64,000 bases of DNA, taken from positions 6,988 to 70,987 of the forward strand of contig CALXZX010000001.1 of NCBI GenBank assembly GCA_944393375.1, given 5' to 3'. Within the stretch, counting starts at the first letter, position 1, and each line of letters starts with the position of its first letter. Positions 10,100 to 19,143 of this stretch are shown here, piece after piece. A program made the translations under genes and the position numbers. The notes under the pieces were generated by a model. That model was not told where the DNA came from. It saw only the letters and a list, made by a program, of their open reading frames with translations, and did no database searches. The stretch comes from an uncultured Clostridia bacterium (GTDB lineage Bacteria > Bacillota > Clostridia > TANB77 > CAG-508).

Positions 10100-12106
10100 T
10101 TATTTTGTACCAAATATCCTGTCTCCAGCATCACCTAATCCTGGTACAATATACCCTTTATCATTTAATTTTTCATCAATACATGCTGTATAAATTTTTA
10201 CATCTGGATGTTCTTTCTTTAATCTTTCAATTCCTTCTGGTGCAGATATAATACACAAAAATTTAATTTTCTTAACACCATCTTTTTTTAGCATTTGAAT
10301 GGTATCTGCTGCTGAACCTCCTGTTGCAAGCATTGGGTCTAAGATAATCGCTTCTCTTTTGGCAATATCTTTTGGCATTTTATAATAATATTGCACTGGC
10401 TCTAGAGTTTCTTCATTTCTATATAGTCCAATATGTCCAATTTTTGCATTTGGTACAATTTTTAATAATCCATCTAACATACCTGTTCCTGCTCTTAAAA
10501 TTGGTACAAAAGCGTAATTATCTTCATCTAATACTCTTGCTTTTGTTTTACAAATTGGTGTTTCTATTTCAATTTCTTTTAATTTTGCATCTTCTAATGC
10601 ATGATAGCATAATAGTGTAGCTATCTCTCCTATAATTTCTCTAAATTCTTTTGTTCCTGTATTTTTATTTCTAATGATAGATAATTTATGTTCTACTAAT
10701 GGGTTGCTTAATACAGTTACTTGATTTGTTTCATCATTTTTTATTTCTTCCATTACATTTGCCTCACTTTTATAATCTATTTCTTTTTGTTTTTCTTCAG
10801 TTTTATTTATGTTTTCATCATCATCTTTTTCATCTGGTAATAATAAATTTAATAAGATACCAATAATAGCTGCTAAACTCATTCCTGAAATGGTTACAGA
10901 TAAATCTCCATGAATAATGGAAATAGCTGCTCCTCCTAATCCTAGTACTAACATAGTAGATGCAACAACAATATTTTTAGATTTTCCAAAATCAATTTTA
11001 TTTTCAATTAATACTTTTAAACCATTTACAGAAATAAATCCATATAATAGTAAAGATACACCACCTAAAACAGCATCAGGAATGGTTGATACCAATGCAG
11101 TGAATTTTCCTAAAAATCCTAAACAGATAGCGATAACTGCTGCTAATCCAATGACCCATACAGATGCTACTTTTGTCATTCCGACAACAGATGTATTTTC
11201 ACCATAAGTTGTGTTAGCTGGTCCTCCTAAAAATCCTGCAACAAATGTTGCTAAACCATCACCCAATAAAGTTCTGTCTAATCCTGGGTTTTTTAATAAA
11301 TTCTTTCCAATAATTGTACTTAGTGCTGTGTGGTCACCTATATGTTCAGCTATTGTTACCAAAGAAATTGGTACAATCGTTAATAATGCTGAAAAGTTAG
11401 GTGTATAATTTAAGAATGGGACTACAAAACTTGGCATACTAAAGAAGCTAGCTTCCAACACTGGTACAAAATCAACCAATCCAAAACAGATTGCTGAAAT
11501 ATATCCTACAACAATTCCAACTAAGAATGGAATAATTTTTAAGAATCCCTTTCCCCTAACCATTACAATTGCTGTTGTTAAAAAGGTTATCAAAGCAACA
11601 CCTATACATCTCCAATCAATTTGTGTTCCAGTTCCTAATCCTACTTGTGAAATGGCATTTGGTGCTAAACTTAAACCTATAATCATAATCATTGGTCCAA
11701 TAACAACTGGTGGTAATAATTTGTCTATCCATTTTTTGCCTGCAAAATGGATAATGGTTGCAAAAATAACATAGACAAGCCCTACTGCCATAACACCAAC
11801 CATAGCACCTGAAATACCACCTTTTACATAAGCTGCTGCTAGTGGTGCAATAAAAGCAAAAGAACTTCCTAGGTATACAGGTGATCTTCCTTTTGTACAT
11901 AAGATGTAAATTAATGTTCCAATTCCTGATGTCACTAATGCTACTGGAATAGTAAGAACTGTTTCGCCTGCTGCTGTATTTACCATAATAGGAACTAGGA
12001 TAGTTGCTCCAAACATAGCAAAAACATGTTGTAACGCAAGGATTATCCATTTGGCAATAGTTGGCTTCTCATTTACATCTAATAGTAATTTTTTTGTTTG
12101 TTCCAT
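10100..12106 (-). CDS. Fusion protein: NCS2-family uracil permease (UraA/PyrP-like, N-terminal ~430 aa) + uracil phosphoribosyltransferase (Upp, C-terminal ~210 aa)
   Basis: Single 668-aa ORF; N-part polytopic NCS2 permease; acidic linker DEKDDDENINKTEEKQKE; C-part VTVLSNPLVEHKLSIIRNK...ILDPMLATGGSA...GLGDAGDRIFGTK = UPRT PRPP-binding and C-terminal motifs. Confidence 0.8.
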   Translation of the reverse strand: MEQTKKLLLDVNEKPTIAKWIILALQHVFAMFGATILVPIMVNTAAGETVLTIPVALVTSGIGTLIYILCTKGRSPVYLGSSFAFIAPLAAAYVKGGISGAMVGVMAVGLVYVIFATIIHFAGKKWIDKLLPPVVIGPMIMIIGLSLAPNAISQVGLGTGTQIDWRCIGVALITFLTTAIVMVRGKGFLKIIPFLVGIVVGYISAICFGLVDFVPVLEASFFSMPSFVVPFLNYTPNFSALLTIVPISLVTIAEHIGDHTALSTIIGKNLLKNPGLDRTLLGDGLATFVAGFLGGPANTTYGENTSVVGMTKVASVWVIGLAAVIAICLGFLGKFTALVSTIPDAVLGGVSLLLYGFISVNGLKVLIENKIDFGKSKNIVVASTMLVLGLGGAAISIIHGDLSVTISGMSLAAIIGILLNLLLPDEKDDDENINKTEEKQKEIDYKSEANVMEEIKNDETNQVTVLSNPLVEHKLSIIRNKNTGTKEFREIIGEIATLLCYHALEDAKLKEIEIETPICKTKARVLDEDNYAFVPILRAGTGMLDGLLKIVPNAKIGHIGLYRNEETLEPVQYYYKMPKDIAKREAIILDPMLATGGSAADTIQMLKKDGVKKIKFLCIISAPEGIERLKKEHPDVKIYTACIDEKLNDKGYIVPGLGDAGDRIFGTK

Positions 12107-12146
12107 TAGAACGCCTCCTTTTATTTTCTTAGTAAGTATTTAGATA

Positions 12147-12178
12147 CAAAAAAATATCAATTCTTTTCGAATTGATAT
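12147..12178 (-). promoter_or_regulatory. Leader-region intrinsic terminator (candidate transcription attenuator) upstream of the permease-Upp fusion gene
   Basis: On minus strand AUAUCAAUUC-GAAAAG-GAAUUGAUAU followed by UUUUUUUG, ~40 nt upstream of the RBS aaaggagg at 12113-12120. Confidence 0.5.
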
Positions 12179-12388
12179 AAACACTTACCTTATGAATTTA
12201 AAAATTGGGAACGCAAAATAAACAATATTTCTATTGATATTACTTGTTTTTAGTCTTGTAATATTTTCTACAAATTTTGTCATTTTTCTACACCCTTTTT
12301 AACTATATACCAATCCATAAGAAAAATCAATATTTTTTTAAAAAATTATAGTAGACTATTTTTAATAAAATAATCTACTATTTATCCT

Positions 12389-13207
12389 TTAAACTTTTTT
12401 ATATTTCTGATATTTTTTGTAGTTTATTATTAAGAATATAATAAGTGCCACACATGTAATAATTATCATGCCTAAAAATGCATTTCCAGCTTTTGGTAAA
12501 GTCTTATTTGCCACTGTTGTATCATTTTTTTCAATTCCATTATTATTTATAGTATTGGCATTGATAACATTATTATTATTTATATTATTTTCTTCTGAAT
12601 TATTATTATCTTCTTGTTTATCATCTTCTATGGTATTCCCATTTACTAAAACATCTAATGAAATGTCTGCAACTTTTGCTTCATTATAATCATCCGTACC
12701 AATTGTTACATCAGTAAAAGTTATTTTTTCTTGTGTTGTAGCTATATTATCTTTTACTTTTAAAGTAATTGTAGCTATATCGCAACTTCCCATTAACATT
12801 CCGTATAAAGGATACATAAATGCAAAATAAAGCTCTCCTGTTTCTGGAGAAAATCCATGTAATTTCCACCCATATTTATCTTTTCCTTCTTCTGGAATAT
12901 CATCTAAAAGTGCTTCTTCTATTCCATCTTCATTTAACTCAAATACATCTTTATTATAACTAATTTTAGCTGACAAATATCTAACTCCTCTGTCATCTCC
13001 AAAACCATCAATTTGTTCCGTACTAAGATTACTTAATTTTAATCTTACAACATCTCCCATATTCACTTCTGTTTTATCGATACTTACTTGTAAATATTCT
13101 GGTAAATTATCTGCTCCAAAGCTTATAATAGGATTTGCTATAAATATCATTATTAAAAAAGTCAATATTAATAATTTAAATTTTGATTTTAACGTATAAT
13201 TTTTCAT
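12389..13207 (-). CDS. Cell-wall-anchored surface protein with LPKAG sorting-signal-like C-terminus
   Basis: Signal peptide; Asn-rich stalk; C-terminal LPKAG + hydrophobic segment + KKYQKYKKV positively charged tail. Confidence 0.6.
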   Translation of the reverse strand: MKNYTLKSKFKLLILTFLIMIFIANPIISFGADNLPEYLQVSIDKTEVNMGDVVRLKLSNLSTEQIDGFGDDRGVRYLSAKISYNKDVFELNEDGIEEALLDDIPEEGKDKYGWKLHGFSPETGELYFAFMYPLYGMLMGSCDIATITLKVKDNIATTQEKITFTDVTIGTDDYNEAKVADISLDVLVNGNTIEDDKQEDNNNSEENNINNNNVINANTINNNGIEKNDTTVANKTLPKAGNAFLGMIIITCVALIIFLIINYKKYQKYKKV

Positions 13208-13221
13208 ATGTTTCTTCCCCT

Positions 13222-14973
13222 TTATATATTATATTTTTCTCTTTTTGTATAAGTTGTATGTAATAATCTTTCAGCAATTTCACTTCCTGGTTTTTCCAAG
13301 AAATCTTTGTATAATTTTTTCATAACTGGATTTTCATGTGATTTTCTAACAATACTTCTTTCATCTATAGAATATAAGGCATCTGCTCTTAATTTTCTAA
13401 CATCCACTTCTGCTCTTACCTTAGAACTCTTAATTGGTTGACCACCACCCATGATACAACCTCCTGGGCAAGCCATAATTTCAACAAATTGATAATTGGC
13501 TTTACCAGATTTGATTTCTTCTAGTATGGTTCTTGCATTTGCTAATCCACTTGCTGCAACAACATTGATATCTTTTCCTGCAATGTTAATCGTTGCTCTT
13601 TTAATACCTTCTCCCCCTCTTACTTGTTCAAAGTCAATTTTAGGTAAATCTTTTCCTGTTAAGGTATCTTGTGCTGTTCTTAAAGCTGCTTCCATAACAC
13701 CACCAGTTGTTCCAAAGATAGCTCCTGCGCCACTTGCTTCTCCCATAGGACTATCAAAATTGCTATCTTCTAGCTTTTCAAACTCAATGTTAGCTTGTTT
13801 AATCATTCTTGCTAATTCTCTAGTAGTAATAACATTATCTACATCATATAAGTTATCTTCCATCATTTCTGGTCTTTGTCTTTCAAATTTCTTTGCAATA
13901 CATGGCATAACAGAAACAACATAGATTTTTTCTGGGTCTAGTCCTTCTCTATTGACATAATATGTTTTTAGAATAGCACCAAACATTTCATGAGGTGATT
14001 TACAACTAGATAGATGTGGTAATAATTCTGGATAATTCATTTCTATATATTTTACCCAACCTGGACTACAAGATGTAATCATTGGTAAATTATCATTTTT
14101 CGTAAATCTTTCTATAAACTCATTTGCTTCCTCCATAATCGTAAGGTCAGCACCTGTATTGGTATCAAATACTTTATCAAATCCTAAACGTTTTAATGCA
14201 GTAACCATTTTTCCGACTACATTTGTACCAATTGGCATACCAAATTCTTCTCCAAGAGCGACTCTAACTGCTGGAGCTGTTTGTACGATAACGGTTGTTT
14301 CTGGGTCTTTTAATTTTACCCATACATCATTAATAGTTTCTTTTTCATGTAAAGCACCTGTTGGACAAGCTTCTATACATTGCCCACAAAATGTACAGTT
14401 AACATCATTTAAACTATGGTCTCCAACAGTTGATATACATGATTCAAAACCTCTATTAATACAATCAATAGCACCTATTTTTTGTACATTTTTACATGCT
14501 GCAACACATCTTCTGCATAAAATACATTTATTAAAATCTCTTACAATTGATGGTGATAAATCATCAATTTTGTGTTCTGTTCTTTCTCCTTCAAATTCAA
14601 TATTTAAAACATTGAATTTTGTAGCTAAAGCTTGTAATTCACAATTTCCTGAACGTGTACAAGTTAAACAATCTTTCGCATGATTTGAAATTATCAAATC
14701 TAAAATCACATGACGTGCTTCTAATACATTTTGTGTATGTGTGTGAACAACCATACCTTCTTCTACAGTTTGAATACATGAAGTAGCAAATCCCCTTCTT
14801 CCTTCTACTTCAACAATACACATTCTACAATCTCCCACTTCATTAATATCTTTTAAGAAACATAATGTTGGGATGTCAATTCCTGCTGTTTTTGCAGCTT
14901 CTAATATTGTTGTTCCTTTAGGTACTGTTATTTTTTGATTGTCAATTGTTAAATTAACCATTTCTTTTTCCAT
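13222..14973 (-). CDS. hydA: [FeFe]-hydrogenase catalytic subunit (HydA/HndD-type, with N-terminal 2Fe-2S and 4Fe-4S ferredoxin domains)
   Basis: TSCSPGW, MPCIAKKFE, EIMACPGGCIMGGGQP H-cluster motifs; N-terminal 2Fe-2S ferredoxin fold CRMC..C; start ambiguous (GTG 14979 / ATG 14973 / ATG 14961). Confidence 0.9.
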   Translation of the reverse strand: MEKEMVNLTIDNQKITVPKGTTILEAAKTAGIDIPTLCFLKDINEVGDCRMCIVEVEGRRGFATSCIQTVEEGMVVHTHTQNVLEARHVILDLIISNHAKDCLTCTRSGNCELQALATKFNVLNIEFEGERTEHKIDDLSPSIVRDFNKCILCRRCVAACKNVQKIGAIDCINRGFESCISTVGDHSLNDVNCTFCGQCIEACPTGALHEKETINDVWVKLKDPETTVIVQTAPAVRVALGEEFGMPIGTNVVGKMVTALKRLGFDKVFDTNTGADLTIMEEANEFIERFTKNDNLPMITSCSPGWVKYIEMNYPELLPHLSSCKSPHEMFGAILKTYYVNREGLDPEKIYVVSVMPCIAKKFERQRPEMMEDNLYDVDNVITTRELARMIKQANIEFEKLEDSNFDSPMGEASGAGAIFGTTGGVMEAALRTAQDTLTGKDLPKIDFEQVRGGEGIKRATINIAGKDINVVAASGLANARTILEEIKSGKANYQFVEIMACPGGCIMGGGQPIKSSKVRAEVDVRKLRADALYSIDERSIVRKSHENPVMKKLYKDFLEKPGSEIAERLLHTTYTKREKYNI

Positions 14974-14992
14974 ATCCACATCTCTCTTTCTT

Positions 14993-15388
14993 TTAACTAT
15001 TACTAAATTTTAGCTTATTACTTTTTCTTATCAAAGAAATAGGTATAAGTAATAACCATACATTAATTATGATTTGTATTATTAATATTACATATAAAAG
15101 TATAATATCATAATATTCATCTGGAGGTAAATGTCCATATTCATTATATATATAGTATTCTGTTAATTTTGTAAAACATATATTAATGATAAGTAAAATA
15201 TTATATTTTTTTGTTATTACTTTTCCATTATTCATTTTTAATGCTTTAAACATTAATATTATCGAAATAATCAATACTATATAAAATATGATAAAATCAT
15301 AGCAATTTATTATCTGTTCTAATGTTCTAGCAATTTTTTCTTCTTCCGAAATCATTAGATATGCTCCTATTATTGGTTGATGTTCCAT
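14993..15388 (-). CDS. Small hypothetical membrane protein embedded in hydrogenase operon
   Basis: ATG (MEHQPIIGAY...) with RBS aggaga; two hydrophobic segments; fills 450-bp gap between hydB and hydA on same strand. Confidence 0.35.
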   Translation of the reverse strand: MEHQPIIGAYLMISEEEKIARTLEQIINCYDFIIFYIVLIISIILMFKALKMNNGKVITKKYNILLIINICFTKLTEYYIYNEYGHLPPDEYYDIILLYVILIIQIIINVWLLLIPISLIRKSNKLKFSNS

Positions 15389-15506
15389 ATTTTTTTCTCC
15401 TATTTTATAATTTTCTAATAAAAAGATTATAAGGGCATTCAAGAACATTCTAAATTTTTAAAGGATTATCCTCTTATCATAAAAAAGAGAAATTTAATGA
15501 ATGTCC

Positions 15507-17363
15507 CTAACCAATTGCATGGAATGGACAGCTTGTAATACAAGTACCACATTTAATACATTTTTCTTGATTGATAATTCTTTTGTCTCTTCCTGAACCA
15601 TCAATGGCATTGACTGGACAATGTTTTTGACATAAACCACAACCTTTACATTTTTCCTCATTGATTACAATTTTTGCCATTGCCTTACATTCCTTTGTTC
15701 TACATTCCTTTTTTACAGCATGTTCTCTAAATTCTTCTCTAAAATATTTCATTGTACTAACAACTGGGTTTGGTGCTGTTTGCCCTAATCCACATACACT
15801 AGATTTTTGAATATTGGCTGCTAGTTTTTCTAATTTATATAAATCTAGTTCTTCTCCTTCACCATTACATAGTCTTTCTAAGATTTCTAACATTCTTTTT
15901 GTTCCAATTCTACAAGGTGTACATTTACCACAGCTTTCACTTACTGTAAAGTCTAGATAGAATTTTGCCAAGGCTACCATACATTTGGTATCATCCATAA
16001 CAATTAATCCACCTGATCCCATCATAGAACCAATCTGTTTTAAAGATTCATAATCAATTGGAGTGTCTAAGTGTTCTTTTGGAATACAACCTCCTGAAGG
16101 TCCTCCTGTTTGTGCAGCTTTAAATTCTCTGCCATTTGGAATCCCTCCACCAATATCATAAATAATTTCTCTTAAGGTTGTTCCCATTGGTACTTCTACT
16201 AATCCGATATTGTTAACATTTCCACCTAAAGCAAATACTTTTGTTCCTTTTGAAGTTTCTGTTCCAATTGAAGAATACCACTCTGCACCATTTAAAATAA
16301 TTTGTGCAATATTAGCATATGTTTCTACATTATTAATTAATGTTGGTTTTCCCCATAATCCTGATTGTGCTGGATAAGGTGGTTTTACTCTTGGTTGCCC
16401 TCTTTTTCCTTCAATAGATTCTAATAATGCTGTTTCTTCACCACAAACAAAAGCACCTGCTCCTAATCGGATTTCAATATCAAAACTAAAATCTGTATCA
16501 AAGATGTTTTCTCCTAGTAATCCATAATCTCTTGCTTGGTCAATTGCAATTTTTAATCTTTGAACTGCAATTGGATATTCAGCTCTAACATAAATATATC
16601 CTTTATTTGCCCCAATGGCATATCCTGCAATTATCATAGCTTCTAATACAGAGTGTGGATCTCCCTCTAAGATACTTCTATCCATAAACGCTCCTGGATC
16701 ACCTTCATCGGCATTACAAACGACATATTTTTGATCTCCCACAGAAGCTTTGGTAAGTTCCCATTTCTTACCAGTAGGGAAACCAGCTCCACCTCTACCT
16801 CTTAGACCTGAATCTTTTATGACATCAATCACTTCATCTTGTGTCATTTCTTTTAATACTTTTTCCAATGCTTTATATCCATCAAATGCTATGTATTCAT
16901 CAATTTCTTCAGGATTTACAACACCACAATTTTTAAGAGCAATTCTCTTTTGCTTTTTATAAAAGTTTAATTCATCCAAACTATTTACAACCGTTCCATC
17001 TATATCTTTGCAAAGTAATCTTTCTACTCTTTCACCTTTTACAATATGTGTTTCAATAATTTCTTCACAATCTTCTGGTGTTACCATTGCATAAAAAGTA
17101 TCTTCAGGTCTAATGATAACAATAGGTCCTTTTGCACAAAGACCAAAACAACCTGTTTTAATAACTCTTACATTGTCTATATGTTTTTCTTTCAAAATTT
17201 TTCTAAAATTTTCTAAAATTTCAGGTGATTTTGAAGAAGTACATCCTGTACCATGACAAACCAAAATATGTTTTTCTCTGGTATCTGCTTTTGTATTAAC
17301 TCTTAAATCCAACTCTTTTCTTTTTTCTTCTCTTATTTTGTGAATTTCTTCTAGACTTTTCAT
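15507..17363 (-). CDS. hydB: NADH-dependent hydrogenase subunit, NuoF-like flavoprotein (HydB/HndC) with extra ferredoxin domains
   Basis: 618 aa; FMN/NADH-binding GAGAFVCGEETAL.. and multiple CxxCxxCxxxCP motifs. Confidence 0.9.
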   Translation of the reverse strand: MKSLEEIHKIREEKRKELDLRVNTKADTREKHILVCHGTGCTSSKSPEILENFRKILKEKHIDNVRVIKTGCFGLCAKGPIVIIRPEDTFYAMVTPEDCEEIIETHIVKGERVERLLCKDIDGTVVNSLDELNFYKKQKRIALKNCGVVNPEEIDEYIAFDGYKALEKVLKEMTQDEVIDVIKDSGLRGRGGAGFPTGKKWELTKASVGDQKYVVCNADEGDPGAFMDRSILEGDPHSVLEAMIIAGYAIGANKGYIYVRAEYPIAVQRLKIAIDQARDYGLLGENIFDTDFSFDIEIRLGAGAFVCGEETALLESIEGKRGQPRVKPPYPAQSGLWGKPTLINNVETYANIAQIILNGAEWYSSIGTETSKGTKVFALGGNVNNIGLVEVPMGTTLREIIYDIGGGIPNGREFKAAQTGGPSGGCIPKEHLDTPIDYESLKQIGSMMGSGGLIVMDDTKCMVALAKFYLDFTVSESCGKCTPCRIGTKRMLEILERLCNGEGEELDLYKLEKLAANIQKSSVCGLGQTAPNPVVSTMKYFREEFREHAVKKECRTKECKAMAKIVINEEKCKGCGLCQKHCPVNAIDGSGRDKRIINQEKCIKCGTCITSCPFHAIG

Positions 17364-17428
17364 ATTTTCCTCCTTTTTGTCCTTTTGGGGACGTTTCTGT
17401 TTAGGACATTTTTAATCAGAATGAATTT

Positions 17429-17842
17429 TTACATTTCTTCCATATATTTGGATAATTTTGCTAAATTTTTAGAAAGTCCAATAACTTCAATAGGCACTCT
17501 TATTAATCCTTCTTTTGTTGCTACATAATTTTCTATATGTATCTTTTCCAGATTCATTATATTTTCTAACTCTTTTACAACATAGTGTAATTGAATACAA
17601 TGTGGAGATTTATCGACTGTAACAAATTTTATTTCTTTGATATCATTTCTTGCTAACATACCTGCTATTTTTGTGATAACCATATTTAGATGTGTTTCTT
17701 CTAAACATACTTCATAAATATTTGTTGATTCTTGTTCTAGCTTTTTATATATACTTGGAAACATATTTTCTAAACAACTACCTATAATTATCATTTTTTC
17801 ATTAATATCAAAGCAATTTGTTTTTAATAAATCTTTTTTCAT
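17429..17842 (-). CDS. Small 4-Cys protein in HndB position of hydrogenase operon
   Basis: 137 aa, four Cys (C10, C33, C46, C82), between NuoE-like and NuoF-like genes as in hndABCD. Confidence 0.45.
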   Translation of the reverse strand: MKKDLLKTNCFDINEKMIIIGSCLENMFPSIYKKLEQESTNIYEVCLEETHLNMVITKIAGMLARNDIKEIKFVTVDKSPHCIQLHYVVKELENIMNLEKIHIENYVATKEGLIRVPIEVIGLSKNLAKLSKYMEEM

Positions 17843-18343
17843 TTATTTCTCCTTGTTGTTTATAATTTCATCCAAAACTTCATCCAATTTCTTAACAGTT
17901 GCTTTTCCATATACTTCACCATTTACTGTAAATACTGGTGCTAAACCACATGCCCCAACACATCTAGTTTCTTCAATAGAAAACAATCCATCTTTTGTTG
18001 TTTCACCTGATTCAATTTGTAATCTTTCTTTTAATCTATCCATAATTTTTTGAGAACCTTTTACATAACATGCTGTTCCCAAGCATACTGCAACATTATA
18101 TTTTCCTTTAGGTTTTAGGGTAAATCTCGAATAAAAAGTTATGACTCCATAAATCTCTGCCATTGGAATATTTAAAAATTCTGAAAGTTCTATTTGTGCA
18201 TTTTGTGGAATATATCCATAATGCTCTTGTACCTCATTTAACATTTGAATCAAATTATCTTTAATAGGTAAATATTCATCAAACAATTTTTGCATAAATT
18301 CGTCCCTTTTAGGACTACCACATTGACATTTATTTTCGCTCAT
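17843..18343 (-). CDS. hydC: NuoE-like 2Fe-2S thioredoxin-like hydrogenase subunit (HydC/HndA)
   Basis: VAVCLGTACYVKGS...CVGACGLAPV motifs. Confidence 0.85.
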   Translation of the reverse strand: MSENKCQCGSPKRDEFMQKLFDEYLPIKDNLIQMLNEVQEHYGYIPQNAQIELSEFLNIPMAEIYGVITFYSRFTLKPKGKYNVAVCLGTACYVKGSQKIMDRLKERLQIESGETTKDGLFSIEETRCVGACGLAPVFTVNGEVYGKATVKKLDEVLDEIINNKEK

Positions 18344-18492
18344 TTCAATACCTCCTCGTATATATTATTGCGTAACTACATAGATTATATCAGACTAACA
18401 TTTTTTATACAAGTTTTTTCTCTTTTTATATTGACTTTTTTGTCGAAAAATGTGAAAATTTAATTATGAAAACATGAAAGGGGGATTCATTT

Positions 18493-19065
18493 ATGGGATA
18501 TTATGATTATTATTCTTCTTATCCAAGTTATTATGATTATTACGATTATGGATATGCAACAGAAACATCTGCATTTACAGCTTTATGGGCTGTTTTAGGA
18601 GCCTTTTTAGGTATTATCCTTGTTATTGGTTTAGTGGTTGCCATCTTGCAATTAGCTGGAATGTGGAAAGTTTTCACAAAAGCTGGTGAGAAAGGTTGGA
18701 AATGTATTATACCAATTTATAACTTGGTTATATTATTCAGAATTTCTGGACTTTCACCATGGATTATCTTTGGATATTTAGCAGGTATTATTCCAATCAT
18801 TGGATGGATTGTATGTTTGGGTATTAGCATCTATCAATGTAATTCTTTAGCAAAAGCCTTCGGAAAAGATGTTGGTTATACAATTGGACTATTATTCTTA
18901 CCAACTATTTTCTACATGATTTTAGGATTTAGTAAAGCGCAATATGTTGGAAAAGGAAATGTTTCAACTGCAAGCACATATCAAGGTGATGGTGTTGTCA
19001 ATATTTCTGAAAAGCCACAAGATGAACCACCAACAAATAATGATGATGATAATGCTAATTTATAA
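18493..19065 (+). CDS. DUF5684-like membrane protein with Tyr-rich N-terminus
   Basis: 190 aa; MWKVFTKAGEKGWKCIIPIYNLVILFRISG core; promoter TTGACT-17-TGtGAAAAT upstream. Confidence 0.5.
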   Translation: MGYYDYYSSYPSYYDYYDYGYATETSAFTALWAVLGAFLGIILVIGLVVAILQLAGMWKVFTKAGEKGWKCIIPIYNLVILFRISGLSPWIIFGYLAGIIPIIGWIVCLGISIYQCNSLAKAFGKDVGYTIGLLFLPTIFYMILGFSKAQYVGKGNVSTASTYQGDGVVNISEKPQDEPPTNNDDDNANL

Positions 19066-19088
19066 AAAAATGTCGAAATTTATAAATA

Positions 19089-19118
19089 AAAAATAGAGGT
19101 TATGCCCTCTATTTTTTT
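19089..19118. terminator. Bidirectional intrinsic terminator
   Basis: aaaatagagg-ttatgc-cctctatttttttt between convergent 18493-19065 (+) and uvrB (-). Confidence 0.6.
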
Positions 19119-19143
19119 GACTATTTTTCTATTAGCAATTTAC

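Noticed and set aside
10372-12050. Several ORFs (10372-10620, 10917-11207, 11211-11408, 11616-12050) overlapping the permease-Upp gene
   Set aside because: Alternative-frame or antisense ORFs of a confidently identified 668-aa gene.
12107-12300. Looked for a PyrR-binding anti-antiterminator loop in the permease-Upp leader
   Set aside because: A terminator is present, but no convincing PyrR box by eye; left as an unspecified attenuator.
13496-14683. 142-aa and 174-aa plus-strand ORFs
   Set aside because: Antisense to hydA; typical shadow ORFs.
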